Below, piece after piece: positions 12,327 through 25,488 of a DNA stretch of 64,000 nucleotides. A model generated the notes under the pieces. It saw only the letters and a program-made list of their open reading frames with translations, made no database searches and was not told the DNA's origin. Location of the stretch: the NCBI GenBank assembly GCA_036785375.1, contig JAWMAR010000076.1, positions 5,828,001-5,892,000 on the forward strand. The letters run 5' to 3'. Position numbers and translations under genes: made by a program. The stretch is from Leucoraja ocellata. Taxonomy: Eukaryota. Every line of letters starts with the position of its first letter. Position 1 is the first letter of the stretch.

Positions 12327-13930
12327 TACTAACAGTGTATGTGTATCCATATATTTTAGAATGGGGAGAATACCCACAAGCATAATAATATTTCTGATTA
12401 TGCACTGAATAGAATATGAGCGCCACTAATGCTGGTGACTTTATTTTACTATGTAGAATGGGATCACCCTTTTTTTCTTATTTTTTGTTTGAATGGATAT
12501 TGTAAAATCCCGAGTTATTAAATGAAATCAGTGCGTATGTACATTGAAACACTAGTGATTTAATATATTTTCTTTTCTCGTCCTCTTTGATAATTAACTT
12601 GCAAAACTTATGTCTAACCCCAGAACAGCCTGGCAGCTGTGCCTCTTAGTGTCTAGACTCCGTCCACATAATTCAAGAACTGTCTTCTGTAACTTTAAAC
12701 ATATGTTTTAAATTAAGCTACAAAGCTAGGAGCCCTTCACCCAACCTTCATGAGGTCTTACCTGCCCCTTACCCCTCCCCCCCCACCCCACCCATCAGCT
12801 TTGCTCCTGAAAGGAAAATGAAAATGTCTTATCACTGTATAAGTGACTCATGTACCTCCCCCCCCCCCCCCCCCCCCCATTTTCCAAGATCAAATTACTC
12901 TCATATAATTACTAAATTATTCACTTATGGCACATAGACTCAATATGCTACAAATGAACACATGGCAAATCAAAATCTCTTTAATTTACAGCAGGAATGT
13001 GAGAAAAAAAGTTTTGCTTTAAATTATGAGCTGTGGCTATTTTGGTTGATAGCCTACCTTAAACAAATAAAACAAGCAACCACCTATGCCTCCCTAAAAC
13101 CCAAAAGGGGATGATGTAATATTTATGTTGGATTGAGACATTTCAAGGATAACAGAATAAATCAACCTCGTAGTGTTGAAGACTGAGAAAACCATATGGA
13201 TTCCAGATCTTGTGTTTCTCAACAAAATAATGCTTAAATAACAGTAATATAATTCGAAGGACATGGTATGTTTCAATGCTCAATGAATTGTTGTACATCA
13301 GTGACACACCTTTACCATAAGAAATGTTCTGTGAATGATGTTTTCAGAAAGGTTTGAAAAGAGAGACTTGGGGGTTAGTGGGTGGGGGGGCAGTGAAATT
13401 AAAAACCCTGGAAGCTGCTGCCTGTAACCTAGGGAGAAATCATATCATCACCATTTTCCTTTGTAAATGATTTACTATTACAAACTAATGAAGCTCATTA
13501 GTTTATACTGTTGTGTGGTCTGGACATGTTATTTCAGGCTTTGTCTAACTGAATTATTGTTAACATGGGGCAGAATATTTCAGGAAGAAATTTGGAGCTA
13601 TTATGTGTTTTTGTCAGGGAAACTGAGAATTCCTCGCCAAAATATTTCAGTACAATGGCTCAAAAATTAAAAATTAAATTTCCCCAAATCTACTTAACGT
13701 TAAATTGAAATAAATTGCAAAATCATGATGGTGAGCCAATTCACCATAACCCATTTCACACAATCATTGAAAATTGTAGTATCTCCATGATATTGGCATT
13801 CAAGCTAAATAGTAGAGCAATTTGATTTTAATTCATAAATCCCCAACCAATTTGGAGCAATAAAATCTGCATCACGTAAATTGCATTCCTTGCTCATTGG
13901 AAATATTTCTTTATAAATAAACCCACATAC

Positions 13931-14008
13931 CAGGAGGTCCAGGTAAACCTGATGGTCCTTGCTTCCCAATACCTGGATTACCCCGTTCACCCTTTTCTCC
14001 TGAAGGTC
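13931..14008 (-). CDS. COL12A1: COL12A1 exon, COL1 (GPSGEKGERGNPGIGKQGPSGLPGPPG)
   Basis: 78 bp, ttgatag| and G|gtatgt, phase 1. Confidence 0.92.
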
Positions 14009-14996
14009 CTATCAAAGACAAAAAAAATGCTTTTACATCATTGAAAGGCTCAGATGCGTAAACAATTATACAGGCAAAGTCTACTTCACAGTACTTTCTT
14101 GGGACATATTGCAAAAACAAAGCTGGAACACCATCAGTAAATGAACCACAGCAAATTTTCTCAACATAATCCTTTATTACCACAATAATTAACAGTTTAG
14201 TTCAGATTAAATTTGATATTACATTGTAATATCATAGATTCAGCTTTTTGAAGACTAGGAGTCCACAAGTTCTCCTTGTTATAATGCAACACAAAATCCC
14301 ACAGACAGTCCTGCTTGTGACTGCAAACATCCAGACCAGACCAGACCATCCCACATATCTTGAATGACTGCTCATTGAGGCTTTTTCCCTGGTGGCATCA
14401 AAGCCATCCACCCAGTAACTGATGCTGTCCTGGCCTGGATGTCTACCCTTGATCTACAACTTTAGGCTGTGCACGCCATACGCAAGAAGACGACAAAATC
14501 CCCCCCACCACTGATGGGCCGTGGTTTATTTCTTGCTGGCACAATTAAACAGGTAATGCCTATATATGGGAAGCTGTGGATTTAGGAGACTGGGAGATAT
14601 GTACATGCAACAACTCCATGGACCAGACTTTACAACACTTGGCAAAAGATCATCACTGCAGCCTGTCAAAGGATTTGGATTCCTAGCAAAGGGTTTGAAA
14701 ATGTAGTGTCCAAAGGTGCACTTTGAGTGAACAGTTATCAACTACAGCTTTAGAAATTAACTGTTGAACACTAAAAACATTGTGGCTTGTTAGATCTCTT
14801 CCAAAGGTGAACTATATCAGAGCTGTTAACCAATGTATAAAACCAGATGGTGTTTGGGCTAACTTTTATCGGCCAATTATCAACAAGAGGCAATCTGTCT
14901 ATCTCTGGTTCAGGCTCTGTATGTCTGGAAATGTAGTGTTCAATTTCAATTCAAAATCTTTATTTTTTTCGAGAATAAAACATGATATTTCCAAGG

Positions 14997-15335
14997 CATA
15001 AAATCAATACAGCCCCTTAGGCCCAACTTGCCCACACCGGCCAACATGTCCCAGCTGCACTAGTCACACCTGCCCTCGTTTGGTCCATATACCTCCAAAC
15101 CTGTCCTATCCATGTACCTGTCTAACTGTTTCCTAAATGTTGGAATTTCTCAATTACCTCCTCTGGCAGCTTGCTCCATACACCCACCACCTTTGTGTGA
15201 AAAAGGTGCCCTTCAGATTCAGATTAAATCTTTTCCCCTTCACCTTAAACCTATGTTCCCTGGCCATCGATTCACCTACTCTGGGCAAGATTCTCTGTGC
15301 ATCTACCCAATCTATTCCACTCGTGATTTTATGCA
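14997..15335 (-). mobile_element. CR1 3' fragment
   Basis: ORF 15154-15336 HRFKVKGKRF...FFTQR. Confidence 0.75.
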
Positions 15336-16129
15336 TTTAGTGGTAGTGGTCATTTAATGGTAGAGGCTATTTCTGCAGCAGCTGCACATAGAATGGCATC
15401 ATTTCAAGGGAAAGTTAACAGGGAACCACAAAGCATGGGCACTGATGGACCAACCTGTATCTTCTATGCACAATGTGGGATTGGACTCCTGTAAATTGAA
15501 TCCCACACTTACCTTTGATTATTTAGGATCCACCCCTCCTCTAAACACGAGTCCAAGTCCATAATGTAGACCCAAAACTCTATCTTCTCGCAATCAAGCT
15601 TTAAAAATTGCCCCCCTCAAATCTTTCCCTTCACCAGCCATCTACTCTGCATGCTGACACAAATTCAGACCTCAAACCTAGACCTGTAGATATAAATTCT
15701 TCTCCTCTTGTCCCTGGGTCAAGCTTTAATCAAATAGAGCATGTTTTCAAAATTGTGTAATATCCTTTAAATACTACTGAATTATTATTATTAGTAGTTT
15801 CAGGGCATTCTCGTGGACCTATTTTTTTTGCAGTAGAATTTCCAGGTCCTATTTGTCCCCTGCACAATGTTGCCAACCATTTGCAGGAGCTAGAATGGAT
15901 CAACCTCACTTAAAGCAGAGCTCATTATTCGTTTCTCAAAGTTGTATCAGTAAGTAATGATTTATACTAGGAAGCATTTAGTTGAAAGTCCAGTACCCAG
16001 TCGCTACACAAATGTTGAATAATGTAATATTTTTCCTTAAATTATGATTATCTGCAATTGTAACTGGAACATTCTGGGAAGAGAAGAGATTCATCTGCAA
16101 TTGAATAGTGTAGAATGAACAATTCATAC

Positions 16130-16318
16130 CTCTTTCACCTGGTGTTCCTCGATCACCAGGTGTTCCAGGGAATCCTGATGGACCTGGTTGTCCTGTTTCT
16201 CCTACTGGTCCACGATTACCTGGTTGGCCAGGTGAGCCAGGTGGGCCTGGGACAGCACGGTTACTGTGGTAACCATTAGGAATCTGGTTTATCATTGAGT
16301 TCACTCTTCTCATTTGGT
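16130..16318 (-). CDS. COL12A1: COL12A1 exon, NC2/COL1 ([28 protein letters not shown]...GTPGERG)
   Basis: 189 bp, tttttag| and G|gtatga, phase 1. Confidence 0.94.
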
Positions 16319-17897
16319 CTAAAAATAAGAACATAAGTTAACAGAATATCTTAAATCATGATCATTTGTTAATGTCATGGTATGAATCTTGTCTTATATA
16401 TCCCTAAAGCTGCTAGTTCCTGGGGGCGGCAGCTGTTTGAAACCAATCTCGGGATATTCATCTACATAGACTACTAGGATTTTTGTGCAGTTAGTCTAAT
16501 TAAGGCTTCTAAAAGCAACATACTGCTCATCAATAATAAGCAAGCAATCAATCAGTTAATCTTTAAGATATCCAAACATGACATAAGGAAAACCCCCAGT
16601 GGAAGCACAGTTCAAAGCCAAACATTTCCCAAGCTTGCTGAGTTACTGTCTTGACTCAAGTACGGTATACATTTTTTGGAGATAGCAACCTCAATATCAA
16701 ACTAACTTTTGCTTCTTTCATGATAATTATCAAATATGATTATTATAAATATCTTGCCAATGATGCCTACTCAAGCTATAATTTCATAATGAATTCACAA
16801 ACCTTATTTGATGATACCTGGATAACCTTTTCAACCTCAACATATTCTTCAAACAATTAGCAAATTTGTTTGATCACAGAAACGTCTTGAAAGTTAATTT
16901 AAGAGTTGTATACTAAAATATGTTCAGATGGTCTTTCTGTCTTTCTCTCAAGTCTCATCCAGCTTTGTTGTAGTATAGTTAGGAATAATGTTAGTAAAGT
17001 CATGGAAACAGGGAGGGTGACTGAACTTCCTTTTGGACAGTCACTCAGCAGCAGGACTGAAATTAGGATAAATTAGTTGTCTGCTTTGTCTTTTCTATAC
17101 ATAATATCCATCCATGATTTCTATCCATATTAGTCTCATTTTGCTGCATTCAGCCATATCCCTTTAAACCGTTTCTCTCCCAGCTCTCACACTTAATTTG
17201 TACCACATCTGTATACGATCAACTTTTGTAAGATGACAAAGTCAATTAGCAAATACATTCTTTTCTTAATGATCTATAAAATCTTTTAATGACTGTTTAG
17301 GAATTAAGGCTTTTCTGTTTGGCCAGTGGCATATATGTATATTTGAGTTCAAACGTAACATCTTTGCTCATATTTGTCCCCCGAAAGCAAAAACCACAAC
17401 ATTTTATATATTTTTTCATATTTACTTTAATAGTGTTTACATAGTGCTTAATCTCTGCCCTAGGAGAACTGTAGATACTCTACGATATCACACTGAAAAA
17501 AATGACCACTTTTGGTCATTTGACTTTGAGAATGGAATCCCACCATTAAACTCAACATGTCAGAAAAGCTTTATCTATCATCAGGAATGATAGAACAGGT
17601 CCGACTGACATTCGTTTAATCAATTATTGCCAATGTTCTCTAACTTTGCTTCAGGAGAGCAGCAGTCAGCCTCTGTCTCACAGCAATGAAGATGGAAAGT
17701 TTGAGAGCAATCTGATGATTGATGTATATTTCATTCCTTTCATCTCCCCACTCACTGAATTATGAGAAAGCACATCAAATAGAAAACTTAATACTCATAG
17801 CTGTCTCAAGTATAGGAAGCAAAGAATATTGCAAGCTGCCCAGCCCTCAGCTCCCAAAGTCCTGTAGTTGCCTGTGGCAACTTGACAATTTACTCAC

Positions 17898-17964
17898 TGT
17901 TCATCATCTGCTCACAGACTTGTCTTGAAATTGCTCTCATCATGTTCTGAGAGGCAAAGTCTCC
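17898..17964 (-). CDS. COL12A1: COL12A1 exon, NC2 (GDFASQNMMRAISRQVCEQMMN)
   Basis: 67 bp, ttccag| and A|gtgagt, phase 0 to 1; not in the ORF track. Confidence 0.93.
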
Positions 17965-18039
17965 CTGGAAAAGTAAAAAAAAAATTACATCTCACTAATT
18001 TAATTAAATCCATGTAGAAAGCAAAGGAAGACTTCTGCA

Positions 18040-18400
18040 TATGTCATATCTTCCAAGCCCGAAAATAAATTCCCGAGTGTTTACAGTCAATATAGTACTT
18101 CTAAAATATAATCATAGTTGTAATGTAGGAAACGTGATTGCCAATTTGTAAACAGCATCTCCATTTATTTGTTGGTTAGAAGATAAATTTGCGTTACAGT
18201 AAGAAAGCCCCTATTCTTTGCCAAGGGTTATGGTATGTTTTACAACCGCCAGAGAGAGTGAAATACTGAGGCCCGAGTTCCCTTGATCTGCGTTATCAAT
18301 TATATTCCCTCCTTCATAACAACAACAGAATTGTCCATCTGAGAATACATAATTCAATTTCAAACTCTTCAGATAATTACCACCCTGAACATTTGCTTCC
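18040..18400 (-). mobile_element. Ancient Deu-domain SINE remnant (SacSINE1/AmnSINE1-like)
   Basis: tttacagtcaat...gttgtaatgtaggaaac...gccaatttg...gttggttagaagataaat, recognised from memory of the Deu consensus; related copies at about 39.8-40.07, 44.2-44.55, 46.75-47.06 and 63.25-63.9 kb. Confidence 0.55.
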
Positions 18401-19426
18401 CCATCACTGGCTGATTGTGATACACTATATACCATTTCCAAAATGCACTGTATCTGTTTGCTAGTGCTTATGCATTACTTTGCAAACCCACTCAATAATC
18501 ACTGCAGAGGAATGGCACTACAAGATTTTGAAAAAAACATAGAAATTAAAAATATGAGTAGGACATGTGGCTCCTTGAGCCTTCACAACTATTCAACATG
18601 ATTATGGCTGATCTGACCACGCCTTAGCTCCACTTTTCAGGAGGCACAAGAGACCATAGATGCTGGAATCTTGAGTGAAAAACAAAGTGCTGCAGGAAGT
18701 CAGCAATTGAGGCAGCATCTGTGAAGGGAAATGGACAGGTGACATTTTGAGTTGGGACTCTCCCTTATACTGATCTTAATGCACCCTTTCATCCTTGACT
18801 CTCAACAGATCAACAATCTAGCGTATGAAAGAATTTCAAAGATTCACATCCCTCAGAGAAGAAATTCATCCTTTTCCATCTTATTTTGAAACCATGCCCT
18901 CATTTTACATTTCTCAAGGAAGGGAAATATCCTATCAACATCTACCTTGTCAAATTTCCTCTATGTTAAAATATGATCAGCTCCCATTTTCCTGAATTCC
19001 AAATGAGTACTAACCTAACCTATTCTATACCTTTCATCCCAGGAATTCTGAACAGTGCCCAAATCAGGTATATCCCTCCTCACCAAATCTAGAACATGAC
19101 TTTTCTATTTTTATACTCATCCCCGCAGAATAAAGGCCACATTCCTTTTGTCTTTCTCATTAATTGCTGTAACACATGCATTCTGTTTCAAGTCTGAGGA
19201 ATCCAATTTCCTCTATATTATTCTATAGTTCCTCTCCATTTAAACAATATTCTGCTTTTCAAATTTTCACACCAATTGCATACTCTTACATTTTGCCATG
19301 TTATATGGTATCTGAAACATTTTTGCCTGTTGTCTTGGACTTTGCAGAACTCAATGATATCCATACACTATGCATCTTGCTTATCCTTATATCAATAGTG
19401 CACCTGACCCTTCTTCTAAGTCGCTA

Positions 19427-20010
19427 GTGTAGGAGCAGGGAGGTTCTACTGCAGTTGTACAGGGTCTTGGTGAGACCACACCTGGAGTATTGCATACAGT
19501 TTTGGCCTCCTAATCTGAGGAAGGACATTCTTGCCATAGAGGGAGTACAGAGAAGGTTCACCAGAATGATTCCTGGGATGTCAGGACTTTCATATGAAGA
19601 AAGACTGGATAGACTCGGCTTGTACTCGCTAGAATTTAGAAGATTGAGGGCAGATCTTATAGAAACTTATAAAATTCTTAAGGGGTTGGACAGGCTAGAT
19701 GCAGGAAGATTGTTCCCGATGTTGGGGAAGTCCAGAACAAGGGGTCACAGTTTAAGGATAAAGAGCAAATCTTTTAGGACTGAGATGAGAAAAAAAAAAA
19801 ATTACACAGAGAGTGGTGAATCTCTGAAATTCTCTGCCACAGAAGGTAGTTGAGGCCAGTTCATTGGCTATATTTAAGAGGGAGTTAGATGTGGTCCTTG
19901 TGGCTAAAGGGATCAGGGGGTATGGAGAGAAAGAAGGTACAGGATACTGAGTTGGATGATCAGCCATGATCATATTGAATGGCGGTGCAGGCTCGAAGTG
20001 CCGAATGGCC
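19427..20010 (+). mobile_element. CR1 LINE 3' fragment, young subfamily
   Basis: ORF 19455-19853 near-identical to the copy at 1-863. Confidence 0.92.
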
Positions 20011-20320
20011 CAGGAACTTCCATTGAGCAAACAATATAACTAAGCCAAATACTAATATCTTAATGAGATAACGGCTGCCTTATAGTATGGTCCTTCATGC
20101 TTAATGCTTTTGTGCGGTTCTTGGTTTAGCAATTTGTTTTGTTGGTCGGTCAATCCAGCCTAACTTTCCATTAATCTCTATCCCATAATTCATTCTCAGC
20201 TACTCTGAGATATAAACCTGCATTAATAGCTGTCACAGACTCAATCAGTTTAATTGATCTCAGCTTTTTATGATGATGCAATTTTTAATGTTTGGATTAC
20301 AATATCCTTTTGGCACTTAC

Positions 20321-20356
20321 TCGGTCACCCTTCTCACCCTTCGGTCCCATTGGTCC
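20321..20356 (-). CDS. COL12A1: COL12A1 exon, end of COL2 (GPMGPKGEKGDR)
   Basis: 36 bp, ttttcag| and |gtaagt. Confidence 0.9.
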
Positions 20357-21049
20357 CTGAAAAACAAAGACAAAAAATACTTGAATTGCGTTATTCTTTT
20401 AAAGGTAAAACTATACAATGCTTAACACAGAGTGTTCAAGGCACAAAAAAAACCCCAAATAAGGTCAATATGTTATATATGCAGTCCAGTGCAGTGGATG
20501 CAACCTCATGTGCTTTATCATCTCACCCTTGTGCTCACCAACAGCTTAATGTATTCCAAACCCATATTTTATCCAGCAATAATTTCTATTAATTAGAACT
20601 GATTCAAATATATGAACATATAAACATTTGATTAGGATAATCAAGGGTAATCACCCATAAGTCTGCTCTACCATTTCATATCATGGCTGGTCTTGTGGTA
20701 AACCTGATTCTGCATTCTTGTCTGCAGTAATCACCTCCTTGTACATCAAGAATCTATCTATCTCTGACTAAAAACATTTAAAGAACCTCTTTGCACCATT
20801 CTTTCAAAAAGAGCGATTCAAATCCTTAAAATTCTCTAAAAGACACAAAGAACACCGTATATCTGGTGTTAATTTTAAACACTCTCTGCATTTTTAACAG
20901 TTTGAACTTGAACAAGTTGGCACCGGAAACATGGCAACTCTTGTGTACTACATCAGTGTGATCTATTCTTACACTCTTGTACAAGTATCATTATACCTAT
21001 GTACAGTAACTTTTTTACTGAACTGTATGTAAAAAATAATCACTGCACA

Positions 21050-21430
21050 GTTAGATGGACATTGGCTAATTAGGGATAGTCAGATGGTTTTGTACATGGG
21101 AAGTCGTATCTCACGAATCTGATTGTGTTTTCTTTTTGTGATTTGACCAAAAAGGTTGACATGGGCAGAGCTGTATATATGCATTTCAGCAAGGCATTCG
21201 ACAAGGTTCCACATGGTAGGCTGCTCTGGATGTTTAGAGCGCATGGGATCCAAGGATGGATAGAAAATTTGGCTTCATGGAAGGAAGCAAAGGGTGATGG
21301 CAGAAGGTTGCTTTTCAGACTGGAAGCCTGTGACTAATGGTGTGCCTCAGGGTTTGGTGCGGGGCACATTGCTGTTTGTCATCTATATCAATGATTTGGA
21401 TGAGAATGTACATGGAATGTTTAGCAAGTT
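21050..21430 (+). mobile_element. Older CR1 RT fragment
   Basis: AVYMHFSKAFDKVPHGRLL and GVPQG motifs. Confidence 0.8.
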
Positions 21431-21700
21431 TAGTTTAGTTTAAAGATACAGCGCGGAAACAGGTCCTTCAGTCCACCGGGTATGCGCCGACCACCAATCC
21501 CCGCACATTAACACTATCCTACACCGACTAGGGACAAGTTTTACATTACCAAGCCAATTAACCTACAAACCTGTACATCTTTGGAGTGTGGGAGGAAACC
21601 GAAGATCTCGGAGAAAACCCACGCAGGTCATGGGGAGAATGTACAAACTCCGTACAGACAGTACCCGTAGTAGGGATTGAACCCAGGCCTCCACCGCTGC
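21431..21700 (-). mobile_element. HE1-like V-SINE (tRNA-derived)
   Basis: Minus-strand B-box GGGTTCAATCCC, V-domain GGTTTCCTCCCACACTCCAAAGA, LINE-like tail ending (AAACT)n. Confidence 0.8.
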
Positions 21701-22850
21701 ATTCGCACATGGTATTGGGGGTTCAGTATTGATGTGGATAGAGAACTGGCTGGCAGACAGGAAGCAAAGAGTAGGAGTTAATGGGTCCTTTTCAGAATGG
21801 CAGGCAGTGACTAGTGGGGTACCGCAAGGCTCAGTGCTGGGACCCCAGCTATTTACAATATATATTAATGATTTGGACGAGGGAATTGAATGCAACATCT
21901 CCAAGTTTGCGGATGACATGAAGCTGGGGGACAGTGTTAGCTGTGAGGAGGATGCTAGGAGGCTGCAAGATGACTTGGATAGGCTGGGTGAGTGGGCAAA
22001 TGCATGGCAGATGCAGTATAATGTGGATAAATGTGAGGTTATCCACTTTGGTGGCAAAAATAGGAAAGTAGACTATTACCTGAATGGTGGCTGATTAGGA
22101 AAAGGGGAGATGCAACAAGACCTGGGTGTCATGGTACACCAGTCATTGAAAGTAGGCATGCAGGTGCAGCAGGCAGTGAAGAAAACAATTGGTATGTTAG
22201 CATTCATAGCAAAAGGATTTGAGTATAGGAGCAGGAAGGTTCTACTGCAGTTGCACAGGGACTTGGTGAGACCACACCTAGAGTATTGCGTACAGTTTCG
22301 GTCTCCTAATCTGAGGAAGGACATTCTTGCCATAGAGGGAGTACAGAGAAGGTTCACCAGACTGATTCCTGGGATGTAAGGACTTTCATATGAAGATAGA
22401 CTGGATAGACTTGGCTTGTACTCGCTAGAATTTAGAAGATTGAGGGGGGATCTTATAGAAACTTACAAAATTCATAAAGGGTTGGACAGGCTAGATGCAG
22501 GAAGATTGTTCCCGATGTTGGGGAAGTCCAGAACAAGGGGTCACAGTTTAAGGATCAAGGGGAAATCTTTTAGGACTGAGATGAGAAAAACATTTTTTAC
22601 ACAGAGAGTGGTGAATCTCTGGAATTCTCTGCCACAGGATGTAGTTGAGACCAGTTCATTGGCTATATTTAAGAGGGAGTTAGATGTGGCCCTTGTGGCT
22701 AAAGGGATCAGGGGGTATGGAGAGAAGGCAGGTACAGGATACTGAGTTGTATGATCAGCCATGTTCATATTGAATGGCGGTGCAGGCTCAAAGGGCCGAA
22801 TGGCCTACTCCTGCACCTATTTTCTATGTTTCTATGTCTATGTTTCTATG
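21701..22850 (+). mobile_element. CR1 LINE 3' 1.15 kb (RT core to tail), with stops
   Basis: GVPQGSVLGP...SKFADD; tail tttctatgtttctatgtctatgtttctatg. Confidence 0.93.
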
Positions 22851-22859
22851 AAAGCATTC

Positions 22860-22976
22860 GTTCATTCTTTTCTTCCCCCCCCCCCCCCCCCCCCACCCCA
22901 CCCCCCCCCCCCCCCCACATCAGTCTGAAGAAGGGTCTCGACCCGAAATGTCGCCTATTTCCTTTGCTCCATAGAT
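22860..22976 (+). mobile_element. Penelope pLTR fragment with poly-C and hammerhead-like motif
   Basis: CTGAAGAAGGGTCTCGACCCGAAATGTC at 22925. Confidence 0.75.
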
Positions 22977-24866
22977 AATCTCAGGTGTAGTCTGCATAGA
23001 GTCTCCAGTTTCCCTCCCCATCCCAAAGATGTGCTGTAGGTTAACTCTCCACTGGAAATTATCCCTTCATGTAGGATAGAGAATCAGTTCCAGAAAATAA
23101 GAAGAGAAGAGAATCTGGATGTTGTGACTGTTCTGTTGAGACCTATAATAAGTCAGATGGAATAACTTCCACCTGTTTGGATGAATGTACCCTTAACAAC
23201 ATCTATGTAGTTTGAAACATTTGAAAACAAAGTTGAACACTTAAGTGGCATCACATGCACCATCCTAAATCCCTCCACTATCATGACTGCGCTGTAAAGT
23301 GACATTGCGTTTTCTTAACTGGCGTACTCTTAACAGCACCTCCCAAAACCTCCTCCATCAAGGAGGCTGTTGCTTTATGGGAATATCATTGCCTAAATTT
23401 ACAAGCAACAATCTTGGAATTATTTCTCCATTCTTGCATTATGTAAATGAAATTATGGATGAACTTCATCAAAGGGACGTAAGTTATTTAAGAAAGTGAC
23501 ATTACCATCTTCTCCACATTGACCTTGCCAATGACATTGACATCTCATGAAATTAGTTTTCAAACAATTTGGTGTACAATCTCTGGCATTGTGGACTTCA
23601 AACATCAATGACTGTTTACTTTCTTGGGCTCTGAGTCAACCTATTGCAAGTACATTTCCAATTATCATATTCCAGGGGGATGGCACAGCCAGCAAATTCA
23701 AATTGTCTGTGCCTTTACCTTGACTATACCTCTGAATTAACATAGGACCATTGCCCTAACATTCTTTCCAGGTTCAATCATCAATATCATTGCTTGCCCA
23801 CATACTTTCTCTTACACACAAATATAATTTTCCATTCTATGTGTACCACCCACCTCATCCAAAATTGCCTATGAATTGGCTAAAGAAAATTAGATGCAAA
23901 TAATGCAAACAAACTCAGCTCATCGATCGGGATAAATGAAAACTCTAGGTCAGTGCTTGGAAGACATTAGGCTAGGAATCATCCATATGCATCAGATCAG
24001 GGCCTATTTGAAACATCGCTGATGTCCTCATCATACTCTAGTGGAGCGCTCAGCTCTAGACTTATACAACATCTGTGCTTAATTTATTGATATGTCAGGC
24101 TACCAAGAATAATTTAGCTCAAAACAGTCTGAAAACATCACATAGCTTGAAGCTGTCAAAAGTGAGAATCCTAAAGGCTTTGGAATTATGCTCAGGATTA
24201 GGGTGTGAATGTTTGGTGAATTCGTTTAAAATTTCCCTGTGTGTGGAATTTATAGTGAATGTGCCCAGCATATTTATCAGGCAGAGGAAATTGATGATTT
24301 ATTTACTATTTGTGTACTAATGGACCATTTGATTTAAAGTTTACTGTTATTTTCTAATACCATTTACTTCTTCGTTGTCCTTAACATTATATAATAGGAT
24401 TTTAAAATAAAGTCTTAATCACAGAAGTAGAGCTGAAATGGTTTTAAATTGTCTAACAGTCATGGAGAAAAAGCATTCTAGAAATCGGTCTAAATGTTCG
24501 GAGGTCCTTGAGAATTTCCAATAAAATGTCATACAATAATAATATTTGAACGTGTACAGAATGTATTCAACTATGCATAAATTCAGTCTTTTGCCATTTT
24601 AACACAAGAAAGGATTTAGAGCAATCATTCTTCCAAATCCACCTGCTTGAGGTATACAGAGCAACTGGATGTCTGCAAGTGTTTGCCTCTGCTGAGATCT
24701 CAGGGACACACAGTATTAAGCACAGGTCTTTGAAAGTAAAGATATTTTTTTGAAACAGAAGATCTGCAGGAATCTGCAGATACATAGAAAAACTGATGAT
24801 GATAACAATTCCTTATTCACCAATTCCTTCAACCAGGATATTGAATTACTTAAGTTGACAACTTAC

Positions 24867-24938
24867 CTGCATTCCTGTGGAACCTTGTTTCCCTTGATTC
24901 CCAAGGGGACCAGGCGAACCTGGGTTACCCGGAGGACC
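24867..24938 (-). CDS. COL12A1: COL12A1 exon, COL2 (GPPGNPGSPGPLGNQGKQGSTGMQ)
   Basis: 72 bp, attcag| and CAG|gtaagt. Confidence 0.92.
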
Positions 24939-25434
24939 CTGAATTAAATGAGGGAAATAAGAAGTGAGTTTCTGAACCATGATCCGATTCCCTCATATTT
25001 CACATGTGATTACTTGAATAAGGCCCAGGATTACAGATATTAACATAAATTAAAAATTGAGAATATTAGGATATTGGCTTTCCTTGATCTCTTACTAAAC
25101 TGGTGGATGTTCCCTTAATGTTAAAACTGATAAAACATTTGAGACTCAAAATCAGAAGGGACAGTTTAAGGTTTCTCAGCCAATATGATTTCTCAGGCAT
25201 ATTCTGCTGAATGGCCTTCTTCTCTGCTGTAAAACACAATAATTTTAATATCAAATGTTTAGACTTCACATTTATGCAGGTTTGAAGAAATTAATCTTTC
25301 TCGTTTTTGCCTTGTGTTTTAACATTGAGTTTTTGAAAAGATGCTGCCCAAAAATGATGAATTTTAGATGCTATTATGATGAAGATTGACACATTCACAT
25401 TAAATAACAATACATTTCTGAAGACATGACTTAC

Positions 25435-25488
25435 GATTGGTCCTTGGGGTCCACGTGGACCAATTGGTCCATCTTTACCTGGGAAGCC
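25435..25488 (-). CDS. COL12A1: COL12A1 exon, COL2 (GFPGKDGPIGPRGPQGPI)
   Basis: 54 bp, ttgtag| and |gtaagt. Confidence 0.92.
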
